From a virus (Duplodnaviria > Heunggongvirae > Uroviricota > Caudoviricetes): a stretch of DNA of 23,996 nucleotides. The position numbers were made by a program, and so were the translations under genes. The stretch lies in the IMG/VR virus record IMGVR_UViG_2713896899_000017; one strand, 5' to 3'. The notes under the pieces were generated by a model, which saw nothing but the letters and a program-made list of their open reading frames with translations, searched no databases and was not told where the DNA came from. Below are positions 1 through 8,283 of the stretch, one piece after another; positions within the stretch are counted from its first letter, which is position 1; every line of letters begins with the position of its first letter.

Positions 1-1053
1 TTACGGGGTAATGCCAACCGCTGCCGCCACTTTGTCGCCACTTGGCAGCGTTGCCAGAGGATTGAAACGGAGCGCCGTTTCCAGATGATCCGGTGCCAGA
101 TGTGCGTAACGCATAGTCATTTTTATATCGTGGTGTCCGAGAATTTTTTGTAAGGCCAGAATGTTTCCACCCGACATCATGAAGTGCGCCGCAAACGTAT
201 GGCGCAGAACGTGTGTGAGTTGACCGCGAGGGAGCACGATAGACGTTTTTTCCATCACGGATAAAAATTGAAAATAGCAGTCTGTGAAGAAATTGAACCC
301 ATCAAGCGCCATGATCTCTTCGTAAAGCTCTTTACTGATAGGGATGCTTCTGTTTTTCTTCCCCTTCGTTCTTACAAAGGTAATTCGGTATTTGGTCACC
401 TGTGAACGAGTAAGATTTACGGCTTCTCGCCAGCGTGCGCCTGTGCTTAAGCATATCTTAACTACCAGTGCCAGAATTGGGTCCTGACGTTTGCAATCAG
501 CCAGTAATTCAACAATCTGCTCATGGGTAAGCCATGCCATCTCTTTTTCTGCGATGGTGAATTTTCGCATGTTCTCCAGTGGGTTCGGATACGACCATTC
601 GCCCAGGCGGGATAGTTCGCTAAAAACACTACTTAGATAGCTTTGCTCCAGGTTAATGGTGACCGGGCTTGCTCCTTTCTTCCATTTCTCGCTGAAGTAG
701 ATCTCACCTGTCAGGCGTTTATCTCGATAGTGGGCAAACATTTTAGAGGTTAGATCAGTTGCAAGGGGATTGCCCAGAGCGTCAACCATCAGCAGCAATT
801 TGTCATAGACATGCTGCCCAGCAGTCAGTGATTTACCATGTAGTTTGAACCATAGCTCAACCACGTCTTTCAGTGTTCGACGATCCACTGATTCACCTAG
901 CCAGGGCTTTGCTTCGGTTTCTTCCATCGTGTGACGCTCAAAAGCCAGTGCTTCGCCTTTGGTGTCGAATTGTTTACGCACACGACGCCCACTACGTCCG
1001 GCGGGGTAACATTCGCAAAGCCATTTTCCTGTGGTGAGTTTTCGTACAGCCAT
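1..1053 (-). CDS. int: Phage integrase, tyrosine recombinase (P2/186 Int family)
   Basis: Translation from the internal Met (MAVRKLTTGKWLCECYPAGRSGRRVRKQFDTKGEALAFERH...) has a P2/186 Int-like N-terminus and a C-terminal catalytic region (HVLRHTFAAHFMMSGGNILALQKILGHHDIKMTMRYAHL). GGAGG-like RBS precedes the ATG at 1053; stop codon is at 1-3. Confidence 0.9.
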   Translation of the reverse strand: MAVRKLTTGKWLCECYPAGRSGRRVRKQFDTKGEALAFERHTMEETEAKPWLGESVDRRTLKDVVELWFKLHGKSLTAGQHVYDKLLLMVDALGNPLATDLTSKMFAHYRDKRLTGEIYFSEKWKKGASPVTINLEQSYLSSVFSELSRLGEWSYPNPLENMRKFTIAEKEMAWLTHEQIVELLADCKRQDPILALVVKICLSTGARWREAVNLTRSQVTKYRITFVRTKGKKNRSIPISKELYEEIMALDGFNFFTDCYFQFLSVMEKTSIVLPRGQLTHVLRHTFAAHFMMSGGNILALQKILGHHDIKMTMRYAHLAPDHLETALRFNPLATLPSGDKVAAAVGITP

Positions 1054-1241
1054 AAAAAATGCCCTCCAATAGAGAGCATTTTTACTGTATGTATAACCAG
1101 TGTCAATGTATGAAATCCTGCGACCATACATCTCACTGAAGCCATAATGAAGTAGGCTATTCTTTTTGCTATGTGATCATGTAACTTTTGCGGTTAACCT
1201 GTGGCTCATTTTTATTTTAGGCGCAGATATAAAAGCAAAAG

Positions 1242-1433
1242 TTATCGTGAGTTTTTAGTACAGATTTTTTTGGATTTACTAATAGTTCCATCATTGCAAA
1301 CGAATTTGCCATCAGAGGTACAGTGAGAAACACCTCCCTTTTTCCCTGAGCAGGGATAATTTCTAGCATAGGTAGCTAGTGGGTTTAATAACAAAGAACA
1401 TGACAAAACCACAAAAAATACCTTACCAAGCAT
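1242..1433 (-). CDS. Small secreted cysteine-rich protein (about 63 aa; signal peptide plus about 40-aa mature part with 4 Cys); moron between cI and int
   Basis: Strong RBS (GGGAGGAAATT) 5 nt upstream of the ATG at 1433. N-terminal hydrophobic signal-like segment [23 protein letters not shown], then a Cys-rich polar region. AT-rich relative to flanking int and cI. Confidence 0.55.
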   Translation of the reverse strand: MLGKVFFVVLSCSLLLNPLATYARNYPCSGKKGGVSHCTSDGKFVCNDGTISKSKKICTKNSR

Positions 1434-1448
1434 AATTTCCTCCCGGTA

Positions 1449-2018
1449 CTATTTAACATACTTGACTGTTAAACTTATAATTTTACCAATTATTTCAATG
1501 TCTTCTATCTTACATTCAAAGGCTCTGTTTCCACCCTCGACGAAGATTCTTCCACCGGGTAAACGAGTAATGTCACGGATCGTTATTTCGCCATCAATAC
1601 TTATTACCCATTTACCATCACGTATATCATCAAATTCCTTATCACAAATAAATTCAGAATTATTATCTGTGATTACAAAAAGATTCTTGAATGCCGACGG
1701 TAGAAATTCTCTATCGAAAATATAAAAACCGTCTTCACACAAGGCCCCATCAGATAATACATATTTAGCAACTTCCATAGTATTTGTATTACCTGAAGTT
1801 TGCTTTGAACCATGCCCGGTTGTGAGCCAATTAAGCGAGGTGCCTGTTTCAAGGGCGCACTGGATTACCCATTCTGCTGGGAATGAGTCACGCATGTAGC
1901 GTGTGGCGAGTGTACTTTTAGAGATTCCTAAATGATCGCACAACGCCTGTCGAGTCTTGAATCCATAAGCTTCTACCATGCGCTCTATGGCGCCTCGTCC
2001 GCCTTTCTCCAAATTCAT
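1449..2018 (-). CDS. cI: Phage 186 CI-type immunity repressor
   Basis: About 190 aa, with N-terminal HTH-like segment (YGFKTRQALCDHLGISKSTLATRYMRDSFPAEW...ALETGTSLNWLTTG). Sits upstream of int on the same strand and divergent from apl/cII, as in 186. ATG at 2018 is preceded by GGAG; the ORF track starts at an in-frame GTG at 2024. Confidence 0.8.
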   Translation of the reverse strand: MNLEKGGRGAIERMVEAYGFKTRQALCDHLGISKSTLATRYMRDSFPAEWVIQCALETGTSLNWLTTGHGSKQTSGNTNTMEVAKYVLSDGALCEDGFYIFDREFLPSAFKNLFVITDNNSEFICDKEFDDIRDGKWVISIDGEITIRDITRLPGGRIFVEGGNRAFECKIEDIEIIGKIISLTVKYVK

Positions 2019-2143
2019 GGTCACTCCAAGTGAACTTTTATCTTGACGATTTCACCATGCGATCGTATGTTTATGGTGTTCACAAAATACAAACGATCCG
2101 TATTCGTCCTGATTAATCATCATTAAACGAGGAATGTTGCATC
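2019..2143. promoter_or_regulatory. Lysis/lysogeny switch region between cI and apl (expected pR/pL promoters and operators)
   Basis: Intergenic region between divergently oriented cI and apl; in 186 it carries face-to-face pR and pL. Exact promoter and operator positions not resolved by eye. Confidence 0.5.
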
Positions 2144-2365
2144 ATGAGACCTAACATTTCAATCACTCTTACCACGCCTCATGTGACTATTGAACGCTAT
2201 AGCGAGCTGACAGGGCTATCCATCGATACCATCAATGACATGTTGGCTGATGGACGCCTTATCCGTCACCGTCTGCGCAAAGATAAAAAACGCGAAAAAG
2301 TGATGATCAACATAGCAGCAATGACCGTTGATGCGCTTTCAGAATGCAATCTAAACCTTAATTAG
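2144..2365 (+). CDS. apl: Apl/Cox-type excisionase and switch regulator (small HTH protein)
   Basis: 73-aa ORF, first gene of the rightward early operon opposite cI, the position of 186 apl / P2 cox. GAGGA RBS upstream. Confidence 0.7.
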   Translation: MRPNISITLTTPHVTIERYSELTGLSIDTINDMLADGRLIRHRLRKDKKREKVMINIAAMTVDALSECNLNLN

Positions 2366-2397
2366 TTCGATTCTGAAATACATCAGAGGCATTGACC

Positions 2398-2907
2398 ATG
2401 TTTGATTACCAAGTTTCCAAACATCCACATTTTGATGAAGCCTGTCGTGCATTTGCACTGCGCCACAATCTGGTGCAACTGGCAGAACGTGCAGGCATGA
2501 ATGTGCAGATTCTGCGGAACAAGCTGAACCCAGCTCAGCCTCATTTATTAACCGCACCAGAAATCTGGTTGCTTACCGATCTGACTGAAGATTCAACGTT
2601 GGTAGACGGTTTTCTGGCACAGATTCATTGTCTGCCATGTGTTCCGATTAATGAGGTGGCAAAAGAGAAACTGCCGCATTACGTCATGAGTGCAACTGCA
2701 GAGATCGGGCGTGTTGCTGCAGGTGCGGTATCTGGCGATGTAAAAACCAGTGCAGGTCGTCGTGATGCTATCAGCAGCATTAACTCTGTAACACGACTGA
2801 TGGCGCTGGCGGCTGTTTCATTGCAGGCCCGTTTACAGGCTAATCCTGCGATGGCAAGTGCAGTTGATACTGTAACTGGCCTCGGTGCGTCATTCGGTTT
2901 GCTGTGA
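2398..2907 (+). CDS. cII: Phage 186 CII-type transcriptional activator
   Basis: Translation [24 protein letters not shown]...[51 protein letters not shown] closely matches 186 CII as I remember it. About 169 aa from the ATG at 2398. Confidence 0.85.
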   Translation: MFDYQVSKHPHFDEACRAFALRHNLVQLAERAGMNVQILRNKLNPAQPHLLTAPEIWLLTDLTEDSTLVDGFLAQIHCLPCVPINEVAKEKLPHYVMSATAEIGRVAAGAVSGDVKTSAGRRDAISSINSVTRLMALAAVSLQARLQANPAMASAVDTVTGLGASFGLL

Positions 2908-2914
2908 GGTGCTT

Positions 2915-3115
2915 ATGCTGACGAAAGAACCATCATTTGCATCGCTGCTGGTAAAACAAAGCCCGGCAATGCACTACGGTCACGGCTGGATCATGGGGGA
3001 GGATGGTAAACGCTGGCATCCGTGCCGTTCACAAGATGAATTGCTGGCAGAACTATCTACGAAAAAACGGGGGAACAAATGGCTATTGAAGGCGCTGCGG
3101 CGACTGTTCCATTAA
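2915..3115 (+). CDS. Small early protein at the position of 186 fil (hypothetical)
   Basis: GAGGTG RBS immediately after the cII stop, ATG at 2915; about 66 aa. Assignment by position only. Confidence 0.5.
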   Translation: MLTKEPSFASLLVKQSPAMHYGHGWIMGEDGKRWHPCRSQDELLAELSTKKRGNKWLLKALRRLFH

Positions 3116-3420
3116 GCCCCGGTGAACGCCTGAATGGACTTAACCATATTGCGGAGTTAAGGGCGAAAGTATTTGGCCTGAATATTGAGTCAGAGCTTGA
3201 GCGGTTTATTAAAGATATGCGTGATCCACGGGATATCAATAACGAACAAAATAAACGGGCACTGGCTGCTATATTCTTTATGGCAAAAATTCCAGCTGAA
3301 CGTCATAGCATCAGCATTAATGAGCTGACCACTGACGAAAAGCGGGAGTTGATTAAAGCAATGAATCATTTTCGTGCAGTGGTGAGCTTATTTCCAAGAC
3401 GGCTAACCATGCCGAATTAA
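3079..3420 (+). CDS. Hypothetical early protein (about 113 aa)
   Basis: ORF in the early operon, overlapping the 3' end of the preceding gene in another frame; no recognisable motif. Confidence 0.5.
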   Translation: MAIEGAAATVPLSPGERLNGLNHIAELRAKVFGLNIESELERFIKDMRDPRDINNEQNKRALAAIFFMAKIPAERHSISINELTTDEKRELIKAMNHFRAVVSLFPRRLTMPN

Positions 3421-3487
3421 CCAACTAATGAAATTAATGGCGTAAACCCGCCGGGTATCCCTTTATCTAAATTCAGGAGAATTGATT

Positions 3488-3721
3488 ATGCGTAATATTG
3501 AAACCCTCACGACTAAAACCGGACCGGATGATGCAGGGCTTAATATTTTACTGACAGAGGCTCGTCTGGAAGAACGCCGGGCAAGGGCTGAAGCAATGGC
3601 AGCTCGCCTTGATAGCCTGGCGTGTCATATCACATCCCGCCAGCTAAACCACGTCGAAGCAGCAGAACTACTGCGTGTAACTGCTGAAGCAATCCAGAAC
3701 GAAGCGCAGGAGATCCACTAA
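3488..3721 (+). CDS. Hypothetical early protein (about 77 aa)
   Basis: AGGAGA RBS 7 nt upstream of the ATG at 3488; its stop overlaps the start of the next gene (TAATG). Confidence 0.55.
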   Translation: MRNIETLTTKTGPDDAGLNILLTEARLEERRARAEAMAARLDSLACHITSRQLNHVEAAELLRVTAEAIQNEAQEIH

Positions 3722-3948
3722 TGGCTGATGCAATGGATCTTGTACAGCAGCGCGTTGAAGAAGAACGCCAGCGCCATATCCGTGCTGCCCGTGCCAAAAC
3801 GCCGGGCGTGTCCCGCGTGCTTTGCATTGAGTGTGAAGCGCCAATTCCGCCAGCACGCCGCCGCGCCATTCCAGGTGTGCAGCTTTGCATTACCTGTCAG
3901 GAAATCGCAGAGCTGAAAGGCAAACATTACAACGGAGGTGCTGTATGA
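3721..3948 (+). CDS. DksA/TraR-family C4 zinc-finger protein
   Basis: 75 aa with CIECEAPIPPARRRAIPGVQLCITC (C-x2-C-x17-C-x2-C), typical of phage TraR-like proteins; translationally coupled to the flanking genes. Confidence 0.75.
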   Translation: MADAMDLVQQRVEEERQRHIRAARAKTPGVSRVLCIECEAPIPPARRRAIPGVQLCITCQEIAELKGKHYNGGAV

Positions 3949-4802
3949 GCACCATCCTGAAATGGGCGGGAAATAAAACCGCCATTATGTCCGAACTGAA
4001 AAAACACCTTCCTGCTGGCCCGCGACTGGTTGAACCTTTCGCGGGTTCCTGTGCTGTGATGATGGAGACGGATTACCCCAGCTATCTGGTTGCGGATATT
4101 AATCCTGATTTAATCAACCTCTATAAAAAGGTTGCCGCTGATTGTGAATCGTTTATATCTCGCGCCAGAGTTTTATTTGAGATCGCAAACAGGGAGGTGG
4201 CTTATTACAACATAAGGCAGGAGTTTAATTACTCTACTGAAATTACTGATTTCATGAAAGCGGTATATTTCCTGTATCTCAATCGTCACGGTTACCGTGG
4301 TTTATGTCGCTATAACAAGAGCGGGCATTTCAACATTCCCTACGGTAATTATAAAAATCCGTATTTCCCTGAAAAAGAAATTCGCGCATTTGCAGAAAAA
4401 GCCCAGCGGGCAACGTTTATCTGCGCCAGCTTTGATGAAACGCTGGCGATGTTGAAGGCGGGGGATGTGGTGTATTGCGATCCGCCGTATGACGGCACGT
4501 TTTCCGGTTATCACACTGACGGCTTCACTGAAGATGACCAGTATCACCTGGCATCCGTTCTTGAACATCGGTCATCAGAAGGACATCCGGTCATTGTTTC
4601 TAACAGTGACACATCCCTGATCCGTTCGCTGTATCGCAATTTTACTCACCACTACATCAAGGCAAAACGCAACATCGGTGTGGCAGCTGGCGAGGGTAAA
4701 TCAGCAACAGAAATCATTGCTGTTTCCGGGCCGCGCTGCTGGGTGGGATTTGATTATTCGCGTGGCGTGGACAGTTCTGCCGTGTACGGAGTACGTGCAT
4801 GA
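3945..4802 (+). CDS. dam: DNA adenine methyltransferase (Dam-like N6-adenine MTase)
   Basis: [12 protein letters not shown]-terminus, FAGSCAV (AdoMet-binding FxGxG-like motif) and VYCDPPYDG (DPPY catalytic motif). GGAGGTG RBS; ATGA overlap with the upstream gene and with A. Confidence 0.85.
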   Translation: MSTILKWAGNKTAIMSELKKHLPAGPRLVEPFAGSCAVMMETDYPSYLVADINPDLINLYKKVAADCESFISRARVLFEIANREVAYYNIRQEFNYSTEITDFMKAVYFLYLNRHGYRGLCRYNKSGHFNIPYGNYKNPYFPEKEIRAFAEKAQRATFICASFDETLAMLKAGDVVYCDPPYDGTFSGYHTDGFTEDDQYHLASVLEHRSSEGHPVIVSNSDTSLIRSLYRNFTHHYIKAKRNIGVAAGEGKSATEIIAVSGPRCWVGFDYSRGVDSSAVYGVRA

Positions 4803-7213
4803 GTCATGCCGATATGAACAACTGCTGCGGCTTTAACGAGGCTGCCGCAGCATTCTCATGGAACAGCCCGAAAAAGGCCATTAACCCTTATCTGGACCCG
4901 GCGGAAGTTGCGCCGGTTTCTGCGCTTTCAAACCTGATCACTCTGTACGCTGCCGATAACGAGCAGGAACAACTGCGCCGCGAGGCACTGAGTGATCAGG
5001 TCTGGGAGCGTTATTTCTTTAATGAATCCCGTGATCCTGTCCAGCGCGAAATGGAGCAGGATAAGCTAATTAGCCGGGCAAAGCTGGCGCATGAGCAGCA
5101 GCGTTTTAATCCAGACATGGTCATTCTGGCGGATGTCAACGCCCAGCCTTCCCATATCAGCAAGCCGCTGATGCAACGTATTAAATACTTCAGCAACCTG
5201 GGCAGGCCAAAGGCTTATTCCCGCTATTTGCGTGAGACGATTAAGCCATGCCTGGAACGACTGGAGCATGTACGCGACAGCCAGCTATCTGCATCTTTTC
5301 GTTTTATGGCAAGCCATGAAGGGCTGGACGGTCTGCTGATCCTGCCTGAAATGAGTCAGGATCAGGTGAAACGCCTGTCCACCCTTGTCGCTGCGCATAT
5401 GAGCATGTGTCTTGATGCCGCTTGTGGTGATTTGTACGCCTCCGATGATGTTAAGCCGGAAGAAATCCGCAAGACATGGGAAAAGGTGGCAGCAGAAACC
5501 CTGCGACTGGATGTCATACCGCCTGCGTTTGAGCAACTCCGCCGGAAAAGAAACCGCCGCAAACCTGTGCCCTATGAACTCATTCCGGGTTCGCTGGCGC
5601 GTATGCTGTGCGCCGACTGGTGGTATCGGAAATTATGGAAGATGCGTTGCGAATGGCGGGAAGAGCAGTTGCGTGCTGTCTGTCTGGTCAGCAAAAAAGC
5701 ATCTCCCTATGTCAGCTATGAAGCCGTGATGCATAAACGTGAGCAGCGCCGTAAGTCGCTGGAGTTTTTCCGTTCTCATGAACTGGTGAACGAAGACGGC
5801 GACACGCTGGACATGGAGGATGTGGTAAACGCCAGCAGCAGCAACCCTGCGCATCGCCGCAATGAGATGATGGCCTGTGTTAAAGGCCTGGAGCTTATCG
5901 CGGAAATGCGCGGTGACTGCGCCGTTTTCTACACCATCACCTGTCCGTCACGTTTCCATTCCACGCTAAATAACGGCAGGCCCAACCCGACCTGGACAAA
6001 TGCGACGGTAAGACAAAGCAGTGATTATCTGGTTGGCATGTTTGCTGCATTTCGTAAGGCGATGCACAAAGCCGGATTGCGCTGGTATGGCGTGCGGGTG
6101 GCTGAGCCGCATCATGACGGTACAGTTCACTGGCACCTGTTGTGTTTTATGCGCAAAAAAGATCGCCGCGCCATTACTGCTTTGTTGCGTAAGTTTGCCA
6201 TTCGTGAAGACCGCGAGGAGCTGGGGAATAACACGGGACCACGCTTTAAGTCTGAGTTGATTAACCCGCGCAAAGGAACGCCGACAAGCTACATCGCGAA
6301 ATATATCAGTAAGAACATTGACGGGCGTGGTCTGGCTGGCGAGATCAGCAAGGAAACGGGTAAATCCCTGCGTGATAACGCTGAATACGTGAATGCCTGG
6401 GCGTCTCTGCATCGTGTTCAGCAATTCCGCTTCTTTGGCATTCCGGGGCGTCAGGCTTACCGTGAACTGCGATTGCTGGCTGGTCAGGCGGCAAGGCAAC
6501 AGGGTGACAAAAAAGCAGGTGCGCCGGTACTGGATAACCCGCGGCTTGATGCAATCCTGGCTGCTGCTGATGCTGGTTGTTTTGCCACCTACATCATGAA
6601 GCAGGGCGGCGTACTGGTTCCCCGTAAATATCACCTCATCAGAACTGCTTATGAAATCAACGAAGAGCCGACCGCCTATGGCGATCACGGCATTCGTATT
6701 TATGGCATCTGGTCACCTATTGCAGAGGGCAAGATCTGCACTCATGCCGTGAAGTGGAAAATGGTTCGTAAGGCCGTTGACGTTCAGGAGGCGGCAGCCG
6801 ACCAGGGCGCTTGCGCCCCTTGGACTCGTGGCAATAACTGTCCCCTTGCTGAAAATTTGTACCAACAAGGGAAAGACAAATCAGCTGATGGAGATACCAG
6901 AACGGATATCACCCGCATGGATGACAAGGAGTTGCACGATTACCTGCACAGTATGAGCAAAAAAGAACGCCGGGAACTGGCAGCAAGGTTACGCCTGGTG
7001 AAACCGAAACGGCGTAAAGACTACAAACAGCGAATTACAGACCATCAGCGACTGCAGCTCGTGTATGAACTGAAGTCCAGGGGATTTGATGGCAGTGAGA
7101 AAGAGGTCGATTTACTGCTTCGCGGCGGCAGTATTCCGTCAGGAGCAGGCCTGCGTATCTTCTATCGGAACCAGCGTTTGCAGGAAGATGATAAGTGGCG
7201 GGATCTGTATTAA
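4799..7213 (+). CDS. A: Replication initiation endonuclease (P2 gpA-type rolling-circle initiator)
   Basis: 804-aa ORF with metal-binding [10 protein letters not shown] (HUH-like) and paired active-site tyrosines in YIAKYISKN, as in P2 A; follows the early genes as in P2/186. Confidence 0.85.
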   Translation: MSHADMNNCCGFNEAAAAFSWNSPKKAINPYLDPAEVAPVSALSNLITLYAADNEQEQLRREALSDQVWERYFFNESRDPVQREMEQDKLISRAKLAHEQQRFNPDMVILADVNAQPSHISKPLMQRIKYFSNLGRPKAYSRYLRETIKPCLERLEHVRDSQLSASFRFMASHEGLDGLLILPEMSQDQVKRLSTLVAAHMSMCLDAACGDLYASDDVKPEEIRKTWEKVAAETLRLDVIPPAFEQLRRKRNRRKPVPYELIPGSLARMLCADWWYRKLWKMRCEWREEQLRAVCLVSKKASPYVSYEAVMHKREQRRKSLEFFRSHELVNEDGDTLDMEDVVNASSSNPAHRRNEMMACVKGLELIAEMRGDCAVFYTITCPSRFHSTLNNGRPNPTWTNATVRQSSDYLVGMFAAFRKAMHKAGLRWYGVRVAEPHHDGTVHWHLLCFMRKKDRRAITALLRKFAIREDREELGNNTGPRFKSELINPRKGTPTSYIAKYISKNIDGRGLAGEISKETGKSLRDNAEYVNAWASLHRVQQFRFFGIPGRQAYRELRLLAGQAARQQGDKKAGAPVLDNPRLDAILAAADAGCFATYIMKQGGVLVPRKYHLIRTAYEINEEPTAYGDHGIRIYGIWSPIAEGKICTHAVKWKMVRKAVDVQEAAADQGACAPWTRGNNCPLAENLYQQGKDKSADGDTRTDITRMDDKELHDYLHSMSKKERRELAARLRLVKPKRRKDYKQRITDHQRLQLVYELKSRGFDGSEKEVDLLLRGGSIPSGAGLRIFYRNQRLQEDDKWRDLY

Positions 7214-7305
7214 TTACGCGGGTTAACAATTCGTGCTCTTAATAATACCAGGTATATCAGGCTGATGATCGTAAAAAAACGTTTTACATCAGTAAGATTA
7301 TTATA

Positions 7306-7325
7306 TACTGTAAATATAAACAGTG
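7306..7325. promoter_or_regulatory. LexA operator (SOS box) in front of the tum-like operon
   Basis: tACTGTaaatataaACAGtg has the CTGT-N8-ACAG LexA consensus with an AT-rich spacer; located about 40 nt upstream of the ATG at 7365. Confidence 0.75.
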
Positions 7326-7364
7326 GTTATGTATACAGTGTTACTTGGTGTCATAGGAGGAAAG

Positions 7365-7553
7365 ATGCAGGACTATTTTTTGGAGTCTTTGAAGCTCCAG
7401 CGCATTGATTTTTTTCTTAAGCTTGTAGCGGCTAGTGAGTGTAGTGATGAAGAGAAGGGGCTGGCCCTGCAGTGGGTTTCTGAACTGACAGATGAACTCA
7501 TGGCAAAAATCAGAACCCACGAATACAACCGCTCAATGGATGTCATCAGCTGA
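7365..7553 (+). CDS. Small SOS-controlled protein (62 aa), possible N-terminal Tum-like antirepressor part
   Basis: AGGAGG RBS at 7355-7360, ATG at 7365, directly downstream of the LexA box; sits where 186 tum lies (right of A). Function inferred from position only. Confidence 0.55.
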   Translation: MQDYFLESLKLQRIDFFLKLVAASECSDEEKGLALQWVSELTDELMAKIRTHEYNRSMDVIS

Positions 7554-7563
7554 GGTGACTTTT

Positions 7564-7797
7564 ATGCGCATTGAAATAATGATCGATAAAGAGCAGAAGA
7601 TTAGCCAGTCTACACTGGACGCCCTTGAATCCGAGCTTTACCGCAATCTGCGCCCCCTGTATCCCAAGACGGTAATTCGTATCCGCAAAGGTAGCTCTAA
7701 CGGTGTGGAACTGACCGGACTGCAACTGGACGAAGAAAGAAAACAAGTGATGAAAATTATGCAGAAGGTGTGGGAAGACGACAGCTGGCTGCATTAA
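7564..7797 (+). CDS. DinI-family protein (SOS regulator of RecA activity)
   Basis: MRIEIMIDKEQKISQSTLDALESELYRNL...KVWEDDSWLH resembles E. coli DinI (MRIEVTIAK...DALAGELSRR...ETWESADDWF). GAGGTGA RBS; immediately follows the previous ORF in another frame. Confidence 0.8.
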   Translation: MRIEIMIDKEQKISQSTLDALESELYRNLRPLYPKTVIRIRKGSSNGVELTGLQLDEERKQVMKIMQKVWEDDSWLH

Positions 7798-8067
7798 GAA
7801 ACGTTGCTGGCGTCTGAACTTGCTTCTGGCGTCAGCAAGGTTGAACAACGAGCTATGCGAGGCGTTAGTGTCAATTTGTTACCTTAACCACTATATATGC
7901 CAGGAAATTAACAGTTCTTAAGAAACCGCTTGCATGATCGAGCGCATTGAACTTAAGTTTAAGTAACGAAATCAACAGATGATATTGTTGTCTAAATTTT
8001 AAAGATAATCTGTTGAGGTTGTAGGCGTCGGAGTGTAGACTTCCGCGCCATGTTAAAAGGAGGAGTT

Positions 8068-8283
8068 ATGTCAAGCATCGCCGCATTTAGCCTGGGTAAC
8101 CCAGTTGAACGTCTGGCAAGGGTTCTTAAAGAGAACCAGGACAAACTCAATCTTAGTAAAGATGGTTTTGTGTCCGTAGACTTGTCTAACAAAAGAGCAA
8201 TGGATGCCATCAAGGCACAGATGGATAAGCTTGAAGGCATCAAAACGAGCACTGTAAAAGAGAAAACTAATAGAACCAGATAA
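8068..8283 (+). CDS. Small soluble protein (71 aa), first gene of a two-gene accessory operon
   Basis: Strong RBS AAGGAGGAG 3-4 nt before the ATG at 8068; no TM segment; stop overlaps the start of the next gene by 1 nt (TAATG). No recognisable family. Confidence 0.6.
   Translation: MSSIAAFSLGNPVERLARVLKENQDKLNLSKDGFVSVDLSNKRAMDAIKAQMDKLEGIKTSTVKEKTNRTR

Noticed and set aside
897-1145. Small ORFs on both strands overlapping the 5' end of int (897-1145 minus, 931-1113 plus)
   Set aside because: They overlap the integrase coding region or its upstream leader and have no independent support.
5966-6688. 240-aa minus-strand ORF inside replication gene A
   Set aside because: Antisense to the A gene, whose frame carries the diagnostic HUH and tyrosine motifs; considered a spurious shadow ORF.
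7326-7345. Possible second LexA box just downstream of the first (gttatgtatACAGtgttact)
   Set aside because: Contains only the ACAG half-site; no CTGT partner at the N8 spacing, so not a credible operator.
7806-7840. Putative terminator after the DinI-like gene (ttgctggcgtctgaacttgcttctggcgtcagcaa)
   Set aside because: Contains a direct repeat of CTGGCGTC and only short outer complementarity (TTGCTG/CAGCAA), with no T-tract; not a convincing intrinsic terminator.
7546-7848. 100-aa minus-strand ORF overlapping the DinI-like gene
   Set aside because: The plus-strand frame shows clear DinI similarity with an RBS; the minus ORF has neither and is taken as a shadow frame.
7850-8067. Promoter for the two-gene operon in the AT-rich intergenic region
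   Set aside because: Several -35/-10-like hexamers can be picked by eye but none stands out; not reported as a feature without transcript-start data.
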